Shown here: positions 38,857-47,563 of the stretch, piece by piece
How the letters are laid out: every line of letters begins with the position of its first letter
Position numbering within the stretch: the stretch's first letter is position 1
Source of the DNA: Candidatus Giovannonibacteria bacterium RIFCSPHIGHO2_01_FULL_45_24
Lineage (GTDB): Bacteria > Patescibacteriota > Minisyncoccia > UBA11713 > 2-01-FULL-45-33
Direction of reading: 5' to 3'
Assembly: GCA_001778495.1 (NCBI GenBank)
Contig: MFHE01000002.1
Coordinates: forward strand, 17,995 to 81,994
DNA: 64,000 bases
Translations under genes and position numbers: made by a program
The notes under the pieces: model-generated
Told to the model about the DNA's origin: nothing
Database searches by the model: none
The model's input: the letters and a program-made list of their open reading frames with translations, nothing else

Positions 38857-40333
38857 AGCGTTTTTTTGTTTTTTTCTGGCGGCTGCGCTCTTTGCCGCGT
38901 TTTTGCACTTCGACTATCCATTAAGGCCGGAGGGGGACCAGCTTTATCATTTTGCCCACGCCGAGATATATAGAGATAATGGAATTTTTAACTCCGGTTT
39001 TCCGTGGCTGCCGTATTCCGTAATCGGCAAATACGGCGCGGACATATGGTACGGCTTCCATATTTTGCTGATTCCGTTCACTTTGTTTTCCGACCCGATT
39101 TTCGGCTTGCGCCTTGCTGGAGTTTTTGTAACCTCGCTCCTGCTTATAAATTTTTACTTCTCATCGGTGCGCCTGGGGGCCGCGGCAAAATACATCTGGC
39201 CGTTTTTATTTTTACTTTCTGGATTTTTCGCGCTTTTTCATATGACCACGGCGCGCCCGCACTCGCTTTCGCTCGCGTTTGATGTTCTGGCTTTTTCTTT
39301 CGCGGTTACGGGAAGCGTCTGGGGAGTTTTTTGGGCGTCTTTTGCCGTCGCGTTTTTCCACTTGAGCTTATTTTGGTCAACCCTCCTGATTTTGGGGATT
39401 TTTGCTATCGCAAAACTTCTTTCAAAAAAGTTTTTTGATTTCCGCATTATTTTATATTCAATCGGCGGGCTTATTTTGGGTTGGCTCGCGCGCCCCAATC
39501 CATTGGGCGCCGCGAAACTCGCTTATATCCAGATAGTTGAGCTTATGCTCGCAAAAAGCAGGGGCATCCCGCTAAATTTCGGGCTTGAGCTTTATCCTTT
39601 GGGCTGGCAGACACTTTACTTGTTTTTGCCGTTTACGCTTTTGTGGCTTTTGGCAATTTATATTTTTTTTAAACAACCGCAAAAAAGTTTGATTTTGTGG
39701 AGCAGTTTTTCTCTTTCCGCCATTTTCTTTTTAATGACCGTTTTTATCGCCCAGCGCTCGTTTGATTTTTGGGCGGCCTTCGGAGTTATTTTTATCGCTT
39801 TCATTTATCCGCGCGCCAAAAAGTTTGGCATTTGGGCCTTGAGCGCGGCCGTTATAATCGCGCTTTTTATGGCGGGCCAGAGTTTGTACCAAAATGACAA
39901 ATTTTTAAAAACGGCGGATTGGAGCCCGGAGCGCTTCCGGGGCGCTGGGGAGTGGCTAAAAAACAATTCCCGCGCCGGCGACATTGTTTTTAACGCAGGA
40001 TGGGATTATTTTCCGGAATTATTTTTCTGGGACCGGAAAAATTATTATGTCAGCGGCATGGACCCGATTTTCCAATATGCTTATGACCCGAAGCTTTATT
40101 GGGAAGCGTATTACTTGGAAACCGGCAAAACCGCAGAGTGGACCTGCCCCGCGACATCGTGCGACGAGAAAGCAATAGAAGACACTTACGCCGTTTTAAA
40201 AAATAATTTCAAAGCGCGCTACGTTGTTTTGCCCAAAAGCGAAACGCAGGTCTTTTATAATTACCTTTTGGCAAGCAAAAACTACTCATTAAAAAATGAA
40301 GATAAAAACACGGCCCTATTTGAGCTCCGCTAG
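38846..40333 (+). CDS. large polytopic membrane protein (possible GT-C-type glycosyltransferase)
   Basis: About 11 TM segments and a C-terminal soluble domain. The assignment is tentative. Confidence 0.4.
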   Translation: MSIKAFFCFFLAAALFAAFLHFDYPLRPEGDQLYHFAHAEIYRDNGIFNSGFPWLPYSVIGKYGADIWYGFHILLIPFTLFSDPIFGLRLAGVFVTSLLLINFYFSSVRLGAAAKYIWPFLFLLSGFFALFHMTTARPHSLSLAFDVLAFSFAVTGSVWGVFWASFAVAFFHLSLFWSTLLILGIFAIAKLLSKKFFDFRIILYSIGGLILGWLARPNPLGAAKLAYIQIVELMLAKSRGIPLNFGLELYPLGWQTLYLFLPFTLLWLLAIYIFFKQPQKSLILWSSFSLSAIFFLMTVFIAQRSFDFWAAFGVIFIAFIYPRAKKFGIWALSAAVIIALFMAGQSLYQNDKFLKTADWSPERFRGAGEWLKNNSRAGDIVFNAGWDYFPELFFWDRKNYYVSGMDPIFQYAYDPKLYWEAYYLETGKTAEWTCPATSCDEKAIEDTYAVLKNNFKARYVVLPKSETQVFYNYLLASKNYSLKNEDKNTALFELR

Positions 40334-40551
40334 GCCATCGGGCTTGGTCCGCCGCACGCCCTGCAGTTGGATTTGTGCGAGACGATTTCGGAAATCGCCG
40401 CAAGCCCAACCAGCACGTAGATGGCGCGGGAAACCAAGGCGCCCTGGCCGCCGAATATCGCCCCTATATCCCAGCCGAAAAGCCCGACCAAAAGCCAGTT
40501 GAGCCCGCCGGCCAAAAGGAGCGTAAAAGCGACTATATGCAGACCTTTCAT
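40330..40551 (-). CDS. DUF378-like small membrane protein
   Basis: LLLAGGLNWLLVGLFGWDIGAIFGG...RAIYVLVGLAA pattern. Confidence 0.7.
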   Translation of the reverse strand: MKGLHIVAFTLLLAGGLNWLLVGLFGWDIGAIFGGQGALVSRAIYVLVGLAAISEIVSHKSNCRACGGPSPMA

Positions 40552-40598
40552 AATGCTTTAATTATAGCAAATTGCGATACAACGGGCTACTCCTTATA

Positions 40599-40627
40599 TT
40601 GATGAAAACGAAATAAATTAGTATATT
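40599..40627 (+). promoter_or_regulatory. candidate promoter of tRNA-Asn
   Basis: TTGATG, 17 nt, TATATT. A leader hairpin GAGGAGC-ttt-GCTCCTC lies at 40631-40647. Confidence 0.4.
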
Positions 40628-40664
40628 TAAGAGGAGCTTTGCTCCTCTATTTAAAAATCAGCCC

Positions 40665-40736
40665 TCCGGCGTAGCTCAAAGGTAGAGCGACTCCCTGTTA
40701 AGGAGTGGGTTGCAGGTTCGAGTCCTGCCGCCGGAG
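40665..40736 (+). tRNA. tRNA-Asn (anticodon GUU)
   Basis: Manual fold. Acceptor TCCGGCG/CGCCGGA. Anticodon arm ACTCC-CTGTTAA-GGAGT. T-loop TTCGAGT. Confidence 0.9.
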
Positions 40737-40822
40737 GATTGGTTTTTATTCAGCGCGTTTTAATCAATAGAAAGCTTTAATCCGGTTATTCCGGGTTTTT
40801 ATTTTATGCTATAATTTCAATA

Positions 40823-42025
40823 ATGATTTTTGACCGGCAGCATTTCTATTTTTTCGGTAGCCGCGAGGTGACATCGCTCCATTTTACCCTTGCGCTGCTT
40901 TATTTCGCGGAGGGGCTTATCAGCGTGTTCGTGCCGATTTATTTTTGGAAGCTGGGGATACCGCTTTGGAAAATTTTGTTTTTTTATTTTTTAAACTCGC
41001 TTTATTTTTTGGTTCTGCTTTTCTTGTTTTTGCCGGCGCTTCGCAGATTAAGCGACAAAATGATGATGTTTCTTTCGCTGCCATTTTTGATACTTTATTA
41101 TTTCGGTTTGGGCTTTTTGGGCGATTTCCCGCGCATATTTTATGTCCTGCCCGCGGGGCTCGCGGCAAATATGCTGTTTTTTAACACCGGCTACCACGTT
41201 GATTTTTTGGGCGCTTCCGACAAAGGGCGTTTCGGCCAGGAGATGGGCCTCCGGCACATGCTGGCCTCTTTGGCGCAGTTTTCTTCGCCTTTTTTGGGCG
41301 CCGCGCTGATTGTTTCTTTCGGCTTCGCTTGGACTTTTTACGCCGGGTCGGCATTTTTGTTTTTAGCCGTTTTGCCGCTCTTTTTCTTCCCAAAGAGGAC
41401 GCTTTCGCCGAATCTCACCGCGAGCGCCGTGCTCGGATTTTTAAAAGAAAAAAAGCTCGTTCCGTTTACTTTGTCGGGAGTCGGGATGGCAACGGAAAAA
41501 ATGATCGGGCTTATTTTTTGGCCGCTTTTTATGTACTTCGCGTTCAGCGGCAGCATTGAGAATTTGGGCGGGGTTGTTTCTTTGGGAATTTTGGCGGGGT
41601 CGGTCGCGGCGTATCTTATAGGTTTTGTTTCTGACCACGGCAAAAGGCGGCGGATGCTTTTTTGGTCCGCGATAATATTCGCGGCAATTTGGGCAGACCG
41701 CCCGTTTTTGGAGTCCGCTTACCTTATCGCGGCGAGCAGCGTACTGGGGCACGCGGCTTATTCATCGCTCACGGTTGCCTGGTCCAGCCAGTACTACAAA
41801 ATCGCGGGAGCGGTTTCGGACGCCAGCGCTTTTATTTTGAGCCGCGAAGCGCTTTACCATATTGCCCGGGTGCCGTTTACGGCGGCGCTTGTTTTGGGGG
41901 CTTTTTACGTCCCGCAAGAAAAGCTTTTTGTTATCGGCTTTGTCGCGGCGGCGTGCGCGGCGCTATTTTTCCTTTTTGCCAATCGCATGCCGCACACCAA
42001 CCAGCTTTTTCATGGTGAAAGATAA
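40823..42025 (+). CDS. MFS-like transporter
   Basis: About 12 TM segments in two halves. TGcTATAAT lies 8 nt upstream of the ATG. Confidence 0.5.
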   Translation: MIFDRQHFYFFGSREVTSLHFTLALLYFAEGLISVFVPIYFWKLGIPLWKILFFYFLNSLYFLVLLFLFLPALRRLSDKMMMFLSLPFLILYYFGLGFLGDFPRIFYVLPAGLAANMLFFNTGYHVDFLGASDKGRFGQEMGLRHMLASLAQFSSPFLGAALIVSFGFAWTFYAGSAFLFLAVLPLFFFPKRTLSPNLTASAVLGFLKEKKLVPFTLSGVGMATEKMIGLIFWPLFMYFAFSGSIENLGGVVSLGILAGSVAAYLIGFVSDHGKRRRMLFWSAIIFAAIWADRPFLESAYLIAASSVLGHAAYSSLTVAWSSQYYKIAGAVSDASAFILSREALYHIARVPFTAALVLGAFYVPQEKLFVIGFVAAACAALFFLFANRMPHTNQLFHGER

Positions 42026-42728
42026 AAACGGGAGAATAGTTTTATCGCCGTCCGCCCTCAATCTTTTTTTGGAGTGCGCGAAATGCTTTTGGCTGGAAAA
42101 AAATCGCGGGATCCACCGGCCCTCGGGCGCCTTTCCGTCTTTGCCGGGGGGAATGGACGCTGTGCTCAAAAAATATTTTGACAAGTTTCGCGCGCAAGGC
42201 ACACTCCCGCCGGAGATTGAGGGAAAAGTAGAAGGTAAGCTTTTAGACGACCCGAGATTTTTGCGCGAGTGGCGGCTCAATATGAAAGGAATCAGATGGC
42301 GCGACGAAAAATTGGACGCGGAGCTGATGGGCGCTTTAGATGACTGCTTGGTTTCTAATAATTCTTACATCCCCGTTGATTATAAAACTAGAGGCTGGGC
42401 GGCGAAAGATGATTCACATTCTTATTATGTGAACCAATTAAATTGCTACACATTTTTGCTGCAAAAAAACGGATACAAAACTAAAAATTTCGCTTACTTG
42501 CTTTTTTATTCGCCTGAAGAGGTTTTGGACTTGGACGCCGGACGTCCAAGCGGACGTCCGGCGTCCTTAGTCGCATTCAACGTTGAGCCGCGCAAGGTTG
42601 AAGTGGAACCCGAAGCCGCCTACAAAGTTTTCAAATCTGCCGTCCAGCTTTTGCGCGGCCCCAAGCCCGCTTCGCACAGCGACTGCAAGTTTTGCAGCTG
42701 GGGAAACAATTTCTTGACTTTTGAATAA
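42012..42728 (+). CDS. PD-(D/E)XK (Cas4/RecB-like) nuclease family protein
   Basis: N-terminal SPSALNLFLECAKCFW, core IPVDYKT, C-terminal CKFCSW cysteines. The track start at 41862 is rejected because it overlaps the MFS gene. Confidence 0.65.
   Translation: MVKDKNGRIVLSPSALNLFLECAKCFWLEKNRGIHRPSGAFPSLPGGMDAVLKKYFDKFRAQGTLPPEIEGKVEGKLLDDPRFLREWRLNMKGIRWRDEKLDAELMGALDDCLVSNNSYIPVDYKTRGWAAKDDSHSYYVNQLNCYTFLLQKNGYKTKNFAYLLFYSPEEVLDLDAGRPSGRPASLVAFNVEPRKVEVEPEAAYKVFKSAVQLLRGPKPASHSDCKFCSWGNNFLTFE
42530..42566. repeat. REP-2-like double hairpin, in frame in the nuclease gene
   Basis: GGACGCCGGACGTCC-aagc-GGACGTCCGGCGTCC (15-bp arms). The first half reads CTTGGACG-ccgga-CGTCCAAG. Confidence 0.9.
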
Positions 42729-42808
42729 TATGGGCGTACACTTGTCTTATTGTCTTTAGTAGGTTGGTCTTCCTACGAAGCAGTAGTTTATTAGGTTAGT
42801 TTATTTAG

Positions 42809-43108
42809 ATGGCAAAAAAGCTATACGTAGGAAGTCTTTCCTACAACACCACCGACGACAGCTTGAGGTCTGCTTTTGAGCAGGCGGGCGCCGTCACTTC
42901 TGCCAGCGTGGTCATGGATCGCATGACCGGCAGAAGCAGAGGATTCGGCTTCATAGAGATGTCTTCCGATGAAGAGGCCGAGAAAGCCATTGAGATGTGG
43001 AACGGCAAAGAGCTGGACGGCAGAAGGGTGACAGTGAATGAAGCCCGCCCGATGACCGAGCGGCCTCCGCGCGAATCTCGAGGAGGCGGTTTCCGAAGCA
43101 GGTACTAA
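42809..43108 (+). CDS. RNA-binding protein (RRM domain)
   Basis: RNP2 KLYVGSL and RNP1 RGFGFIEM. Confidence 0.9.
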   Translation: MAKKLYVGSLSYNTTDDSLRSAFEQAGAVTSASVVMDRMTGRSRGFGFIEMSSDEEAEKAIEMWNGKELDGRRVTVNEARPMTERPPRESRGGGFRSRY

Positions 43109-43132
43109 TTATTTGGTATCTAGAGAGTCAGT

Positions 43133-43165
43133 CCAGCCCCGACGCATGTCGGGGCTGGGTTTTTT
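43133..43165 (+). terminator. Rho-independent terminator
   Basis: CCAGCCCCGAC-gcat-GTCGGGGCTGG followed by GTTTTTT. Confidence 0.85.
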
Positions 43166-43189
43166 GCGCTTTTGTGTTATTATAAAGCC

Positions 43190-43354
43190 ATGTGGAAACA
43201 ATGGACAGCGGGCATATTGGGGCTTCTGATTATGCTTTTGCCTTATTTGAGTTTTCCTTGGGGGGCGCATAAAATATCGCTGTTTGTTTTGGGCATAGGG
43301 GTGGCTGTCCTTTCTTTTTGGTCGGCATCGGAAAAAGAGGAAAAGCAATTATGA
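43190..43354 (+). CDS. small two-TM membrane protein
   Basis: MWKQWTAGILGLLIMLLPYL... TGtTATTAT ends 7 nt before ATG 43190. Confidence 0.45.
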   Translation: MWKQWTAGILGLLIMLLPYLSFPWGAHKISLFVLGIGVAVLSFWSASEKEEKQL

Positions 43355-43364
43355 TTTATTTTTT

Positions 43365-44507
43365 GTGGAAAAGGCAGACTATTTAATTTTAGGCGGCGGG
43401 ATTGCCGGGACCGCCGCCGCGGAAACTTTGCGCGAGGCTGACCAGCGCGCCAAGATAGTCATTTTGGAAGACGAGCCGCATGTTTTGTATTCGCGCGTTA
43501 TGATCCCTAAATACCTCAAGGGGCTTATCCCGCGCGAAAATCTTTTTTTGAGGAATATCGGCGACTACGAAAAGCGCGCTTTGGATTTTTATCCTTCTAC
43601 CAAGGCGGTAAAAATAGATTTCGCGCGCAGGGAAGTGCGCGCGGAGACCGGACTCGCCGTGTCTTATAAAAAACTTCTGATTGCATCCGGCGGGCGGCCT
43701 CGGCCCCCGCCGGAGCCGTTTTTGTCGGCCGCTGCGTCTGCAAAAATTTTGAGAATGCACACATTGGAAGACGCGGATTTGATAAAAAAAGAATTGGCAA
43801 GCGGTGCGCACCAAAGCGCACTGGTCGCCGGTGAGAGCTTCATCGCGCTTGAGTTTATAGAAATTCTAAGCTTGGCCGGCGTCGGCGTCCATATTGCGGC
43901 GAAGGGAGACGTTTGGGGCGAGGAAAGATTTGGAAAGGCGTGCGGCGAGCTTCTGGAGGAAAATTTTAAAAAGCACGGAATCGTAATTCACAAAAATACA
44001 GAGGACTTTCTTTTTAAAACCTCTCTGGTGTGCTTGGGAATAGGCCTTTCCAGCGGCTTGAATATTTTCCCTGGCCTTGAGGTCGGCAGTGGCGTGCTTA
44101 CGGATGAGTTTTTAAAAACTTCCGACAGCAATACTTTCGCGGCGGGAGACGTAGCGGAGTTTTTTGACGTTGTTTTGGGCAAGAAAAGAATCGTCGGCAA
44201 TTGGACGAACGCCTTTTTGCAGGGCAAAACCGCGGCTTTGAATATGGCGGGCGGCGGCAAGATTTTCCGGGCCGTGTCCGCTTACAACATATCCAATTTG
44301 GGCCTCCGGCTGACTGCTTTGGGCGACACGGCGGGTTTTGACGAAGAAAAAATAATTTCCGGCGAAAATAATTGCGCGCGGCTTCTCTTCGTAGCGGGCA
44401 GGTTGGTTGGCGCTACTTTAATCAACCGGTTTAATGATAAAATAATATTGTCGGAGCTTATAGAAAAAGGCGCGAACCGCGATGAAACGTCAAAAATATT
44501 TTCATAA
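43365..44507 (+). CDS. FAD-dependent pyridine nucleotide-disulfide oxidoreductase
   Basis: DYLILGGGIAGTAAA dinucleotide fold, a second GESFIALE fold, and AAGDVAE. Confidence 0.75.
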   Translation: MEKADYLILGGGIAGTAAAETLREADQRAKIVILEDEPHVLYSRVMIPKYLKGLIPRENLFLRNIGDYEKRALDFYPSTKAVKIDFARREVRAETGLAVSYKKLLIASGGRPRPPPEPFLSAAASAKILRMHTLEDADLIKKELASGAHQSALVAGESFIALEFIEILSLAGVGVHIAAKGDVWGEERFGKACGELLEENFKKHGIVIHKNTEDFLFKTSLVCLGIGLSSGLNIFPGLEVGSGVLTDEFLKTSDSNTFAAGDVAEFFDVVLGKKRIVGNWTNAFLQGKTAALNMAGGGKIFRAVSAYNISNLGLRLTALGDTAGFDEEKIISGENNCARLLFVAGRLVGATLINRFNDKIILSELIEKGANRDETSKIFS

Positions 44508-45648
44508 ACTGACATTCGGCCGCCACAACGCGACTTTCGCGGTGCTTGGGGTGGCGCTTGTGGCGACGGCATCGTGGTCTTTCGTGAAAACTTACGGGGC
44601 GGGAGACGGGGGCGCGTTTCAGACGACTCCGGCTGTCATTTCCGAACCCGAAAAGCCAAAACACATAAAAACCCCTGAACCGGTGAAGGCGATTTATATG
44701 ACCAGCTGGGTTGCCGGCACGAAAGATTGGCGTAGAGAACTGGTTGAGTTCGTTAAAAAATCCGAAATCAATAGCATTGTCATTGACGTAAAAGATTACA
44801 CTGGCAGAGTTTCTTTTAACACAGGGAATCAGAAAGTAAAAGAATTCGGTTCGGAGGAAATGCGCGTGGGAGACATGAAAGATTTTATTGAAACGCTACA
44901 CGACGCCGGCATCTACGCCATTGCCCGCATTGCCGTGTTTCAGGACCCGTTTTACGCAAAAAAACATCCGGAGATCGCCGTGCAGAAAAAAAATGGAGCG
45001 GTATGGAAAGACAAAAAGGGGCTTTCATATCTAGACCCGGGCGCGCGCGAATTTTGGGACTATATAATAGAAGTCGCCAAAGCGTCGGAGGCAGCCGGGT
45101 TTGACGAGCTGAATTTTGACTATATCCGCTATCCATCGGACGGCAATATGTCCGACATAATGTTTCCGGTATCAGGCAAAAGAAATAAAGTTGAAGTCAT
45201 GTCAGAATTTTTTGCCTATTTAAGTAATGCGCTAAGCGATCTGCCAGTCCCAATCTCTGCGGATGTTTTCGGAATGGTTGCCACCAATCCCGACGATTTG
45301 AACATCGGGCAGGTTTTGGAAAGCATCGCCCCGCATTTTGATTATGTTTCTCCAATGGTTTATCCGTCGCACTACCCGCCGGGATTTCAAAATTATAAAA
45401 ATCCCGCGGCGCATCCTTACGAGGTAGTGCGTTTTTCAATGAACAAGGCGGTGGAACGACTTTCAGCGCCGACTTCAACTCCTTCCAAACTCCGCCCTTG
45501 GATTCAGGATTTTGATTTGGGAGCAAATTACGATGCCTCGAAAGTCCGTGCGCAGATTCAGGCGGTTTACGACTCCGGCCTTACGTCTTGGATGAGCTGG
45601 GATGCCGGGAATAAATACACAAGGGATGCTTACACCTCTGATCCTTGA
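44482..45648 (+). CDS. putative glycoside-hydrolase-like TIM-barrel protein (DUF4015-like)
   Basis: N-terminal anchor, then VKAIYMTSWVAG...INSIVIDVKDYTG...DELNFDYIRYP pattern. Confidence 0.55.
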   Translation: MKRQKYFHKLTFGRHNATFAVLGVALVATASWSFVKTYGAGDGGAFQTTPAVISEPEKPKHIKTPEPVKAIYMTSWVAGTKDWRRELVEFVKKSEINSIVIDVKDYTGRVSFNTGNQKVKEFGSEEMRVGDMKDFIETLHDAGIYAIARIAVFQDPFYAKKHPEIAVQKKNGAVWKDKKGLSYLDPGAREFWDYIIEVAKASEAAGFDELNFDYIRYPSDGNMSDIMFPVSGKRNKVEVMSEFFAYLSNALSDLPVPISADVFGMVATNPDDLNIGQVLESIAPHFDYVSPMVYPSHYPPGFQNYKNPAAHPYEVVRFSMNKAVERLSAPTSTPSKLRPWIQDFDLGANYDASKVRAQIQAVYDSGLTSWMSWDAGNKYTRDAYTSDP

Positions 45649-46372
45649 CCCAAATCCGATTTAGGGCAATCATATAATAATCATAGCATTGATATATGCG
45701 AAAAAACCCTTTTATCACTGGCAGTTTTTATCATGTTTACGCGCACACAATAAGTGATTTAGCGCTTTTTCGTAACGAGTGGGACTATAAAAGATTTTTA
45801 TGCACGTTTTTCGCTGCTAATGGAGATGGCGCTGTTCTTCGTTTGGATCGCCAGAATGACCTAAATCCGATTTGGGGCATACGGGATGGGACAGTAGATA
45901 TCGGAAAGCCGCTTGTAGATATAGTTTGTTTTTGTCTCATGAACACCCATTTCCACTTGCTTTTGGGAGAGCGTGGAGATGGAAATATTTCTAAATTTAT
46001 GCAAAAGCTTATGATCAGCTATGCCAAATATCTAAATCTAAAGTACGAACGCCGAGGGCACGTGTTTGAAAGCAGATTTCATTCCAAGCTTTTGGATGAT
46101 AATGAATATTTTTTGCGGGCTTCGTGCTATATTCACTTGAATCCAAAAGATGCACGCGGATGGAAAAATATTGAGTATAAATATCCTTGGTCAAGCTACC
46201 AAGACTACCTCGGCGATTCTCGCTGGGGCAGACTTTTGAAAGACGAGACTATACTTTCACAATTTAAAACCAAACTGGCGTATAGGGAATTTGTGAGAGA
46301 AGCGCGCCCGGAATTATCCGATTATGCAGAGCATGTTGTTTTTCTAAACTGACCCAAATCGGATTTGGGGCA
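45646..46372 (+). mobile_element. RAYT-1 unit: Y1/HUH transposase gene bracketed by 23-nt REP-1 hairpin copies
   Basis: TGACCCAAATC(C/G)GATTT(A/G)GGGCA at 45646-45668 and 46350-46372. A third copy lies at 45857-45879 inside the ORF. Confidence 0.75.
45696..46352 (+). CDS. REP-associated tyrosine transposase-like protein (IS200/Y1_Tnp family)
   Basis: FYHVY..., HUH motif in CLMNTHFHLLL, C-terminal Tyr motif ASCYIHLNP. Confidence 0.8.
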   Translation: MRKNPFITGSFYHVYAHTISDLALFRNEWDYKRFLCTFFAANGDGAVLRLDRQNDLNPIWGIRDGTVDIGKPLVDIVCFCLMNTHFHLLLGERGDGNISKFMQKLMISYAKYLNLKYERRGHVFESRFHSKLLDDNEYFLRASCYIHLNPKDARGWKNIEYKYPWSSYQDYLGDSRWGRLLKDETILSQFKTKLAYREFVREARPELSDYAEHVVFLN

Positions 46373-46432
46373 GGTGTGGATATCTTTTGTTTGCGCTAGA
46401 TGCCGCAATGAGTTTAAAATCAAAGTGATACT

Positions 46433-46705
46433 ATGAACGATGATTCTGTCAGCATAGTTAATTTTAACCTCGCGCTTTATGTTGTTATTTCCGTCATCAT
46501 CGGGTTTGTTTTCGGGTTTTATTTTAATTGGAGTCGGATCAGGGGCCTTGAGAGCAGGCTTGAACCATATTTGCAAAGAGACTCTGAAATTAAAAGGGCC
46601 GAGGAAGATGTTATTAAAAGTTTGGAACAAAGCAAGCTCGCGCCCGCTCAAATTAAAAAAGCCGAGCAAGATGTTATTAAAAGTTTAACTGCTCCCTCGC
46701 GATAA
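46433..46705 (+). CDS. small single-pass membrane protein with repeated tail (module 1, gene a)
   Basis: TM segment LALYVVISVIIGFVFGFYF. Internal 66-nt periodic repeat (AE(E/Q)DVIKSL). The stop is 1 nt before the next start. Confidence 0.55.
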   Translation: MNDDSVSIVNFNLALYVVISVIIGFVFGFYFNWSRIRGLESRLEPYLQRDSEIKRAEEDVIKSLEQSKLAPAQIKKAEQDVIKSLTAPSR

Positions 46706-46706
46706 T

Positions 46707-47471
46707 ATGAAAAACTTTTTAAAAGAGTCTTTAAAAGTAATTGTTCTTGGCGGAGCGCTTTTGGCATTCCAGGCGCTCGCGATTACCGGACCTTCCGCGG
46801 TGTTCCCTGGCGGAAATGTTCCGGCGCCCCTGAATGTTGGATCTGTATCGCAAGATAAAGTTGGAGGGCTTACAGCGGGCAGTCTTGGATCTAGGGGCGG
46901 CGCTTATTTTGCGACCAATCCGGGGAGCATGGTTGGCATTGGGACCGCCAATCCTTCTCCTTCGCAGAAACTGGATGTGGCCGGTACCTTACAGACCTTG
47001 GGCTTTAAGATGCCAACCGGAGCTACCGGAGGTAAGGTTCTGACATCTTCCGATTCTTCGGGTCTCGCCGCCTGGAGGTCCGCTACGAAGTTAATACAAA
47101 TAGAGTTTGCCCAGGGGTTCCGGCGAGAGCAGTCGAAACGTGGAGGGGCCATTGTGGCTATCAGCGGGCCGTCGAGCGCTTTTGTGCCTCTGGATGGTGT
47201 CAGTGCCTATGCGGGCTCAATGTTTGTTGATAAATGGAAGCAGATGGACGGGGTAAGATGCTATCAGGAGGAGGGTTGGGTATTAAGCGGTTGCTGGGAA
47301 GCCCGATCCGCTAGCGCCAATATAGATCTTGTAGCTTATCCAAACGGCTGCATTACACCCAACTATCGCGGCGAGGGCAAGGTGGAGCTTAGCATTGCCT
47401 GCATTAGAATTATTAATGTTGATTTGCCGGAGGACCCTGCTCCCTACGTTCAGGTTAAAGTGCAGCAATGA
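46707..47471 (+). CDS. secreted fibre-like protein (module 1, gene b)
   Basis: Signal peptide ...FQALA|ITGPS, then GGNVPAPLNVGS..Q.K.GGL and VGIGTANPSPSQKLDVAG motifs (tail-fibre-like). Cys-rich C-terminus. Confidence 0.7.
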   Translation: MKNFLKESLKVIVLGGALLAFQALAITGPSAVFPGGNVPAPLNVGSVSQDKVGGLTAGSLGSRGGAYFATNPGSMVGIGTANPSPSQKLDVAGTLQTLGFKMPTGATGGKVLTSSDSSGLAAWRSATKLIQIEFAQGFRREQSKRGGAIVAISGPSSAFVPLDGVSAYAGSMFVDKWKQMDGVRCYQEEGWVLSGCWEARSASANIDLVAYPNGCITPNYRGEGKVELSIACIRIINVDLPEDPAPYVQVKVQQ

Positions 47472-47481
47472 ACCAGCGGCG

Positions 47482-47508
47482 CCGGGCTGGCAAATAGCCC
47501 GGTTTTTT
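47482..47508 (+). terminator. Rho-independent terminator
   Basis: CCGGGCT-ggcaaat-AGCCCGG followed by TTTTTT. Confidence 0.85.
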
Positions 47509-47563
47509 CATTGTGAATATCAATGGATTGCCTCATTTTTCAAAGTCTTTTAAAATTAAGTTA

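Noticed and set aside
40383-40397. 15-nt palindrome CGATT-TCGGA-AATCG in the DUF378 gene, and TATGTCCGACATA at about 45147
   Set aside because: Arms of 5-6 bp with a 3-nt centre are expected many times by chance in 64 kb. These are single copies, not doublets, so they are not counted as family members.
41862-42011. N-terminal extension of the nuclease ORF (track start 41862)
   Set aside because: It lies inside the MFS-like gene in another frame. The conserved nuclease N-terminus starts at Met 42012.
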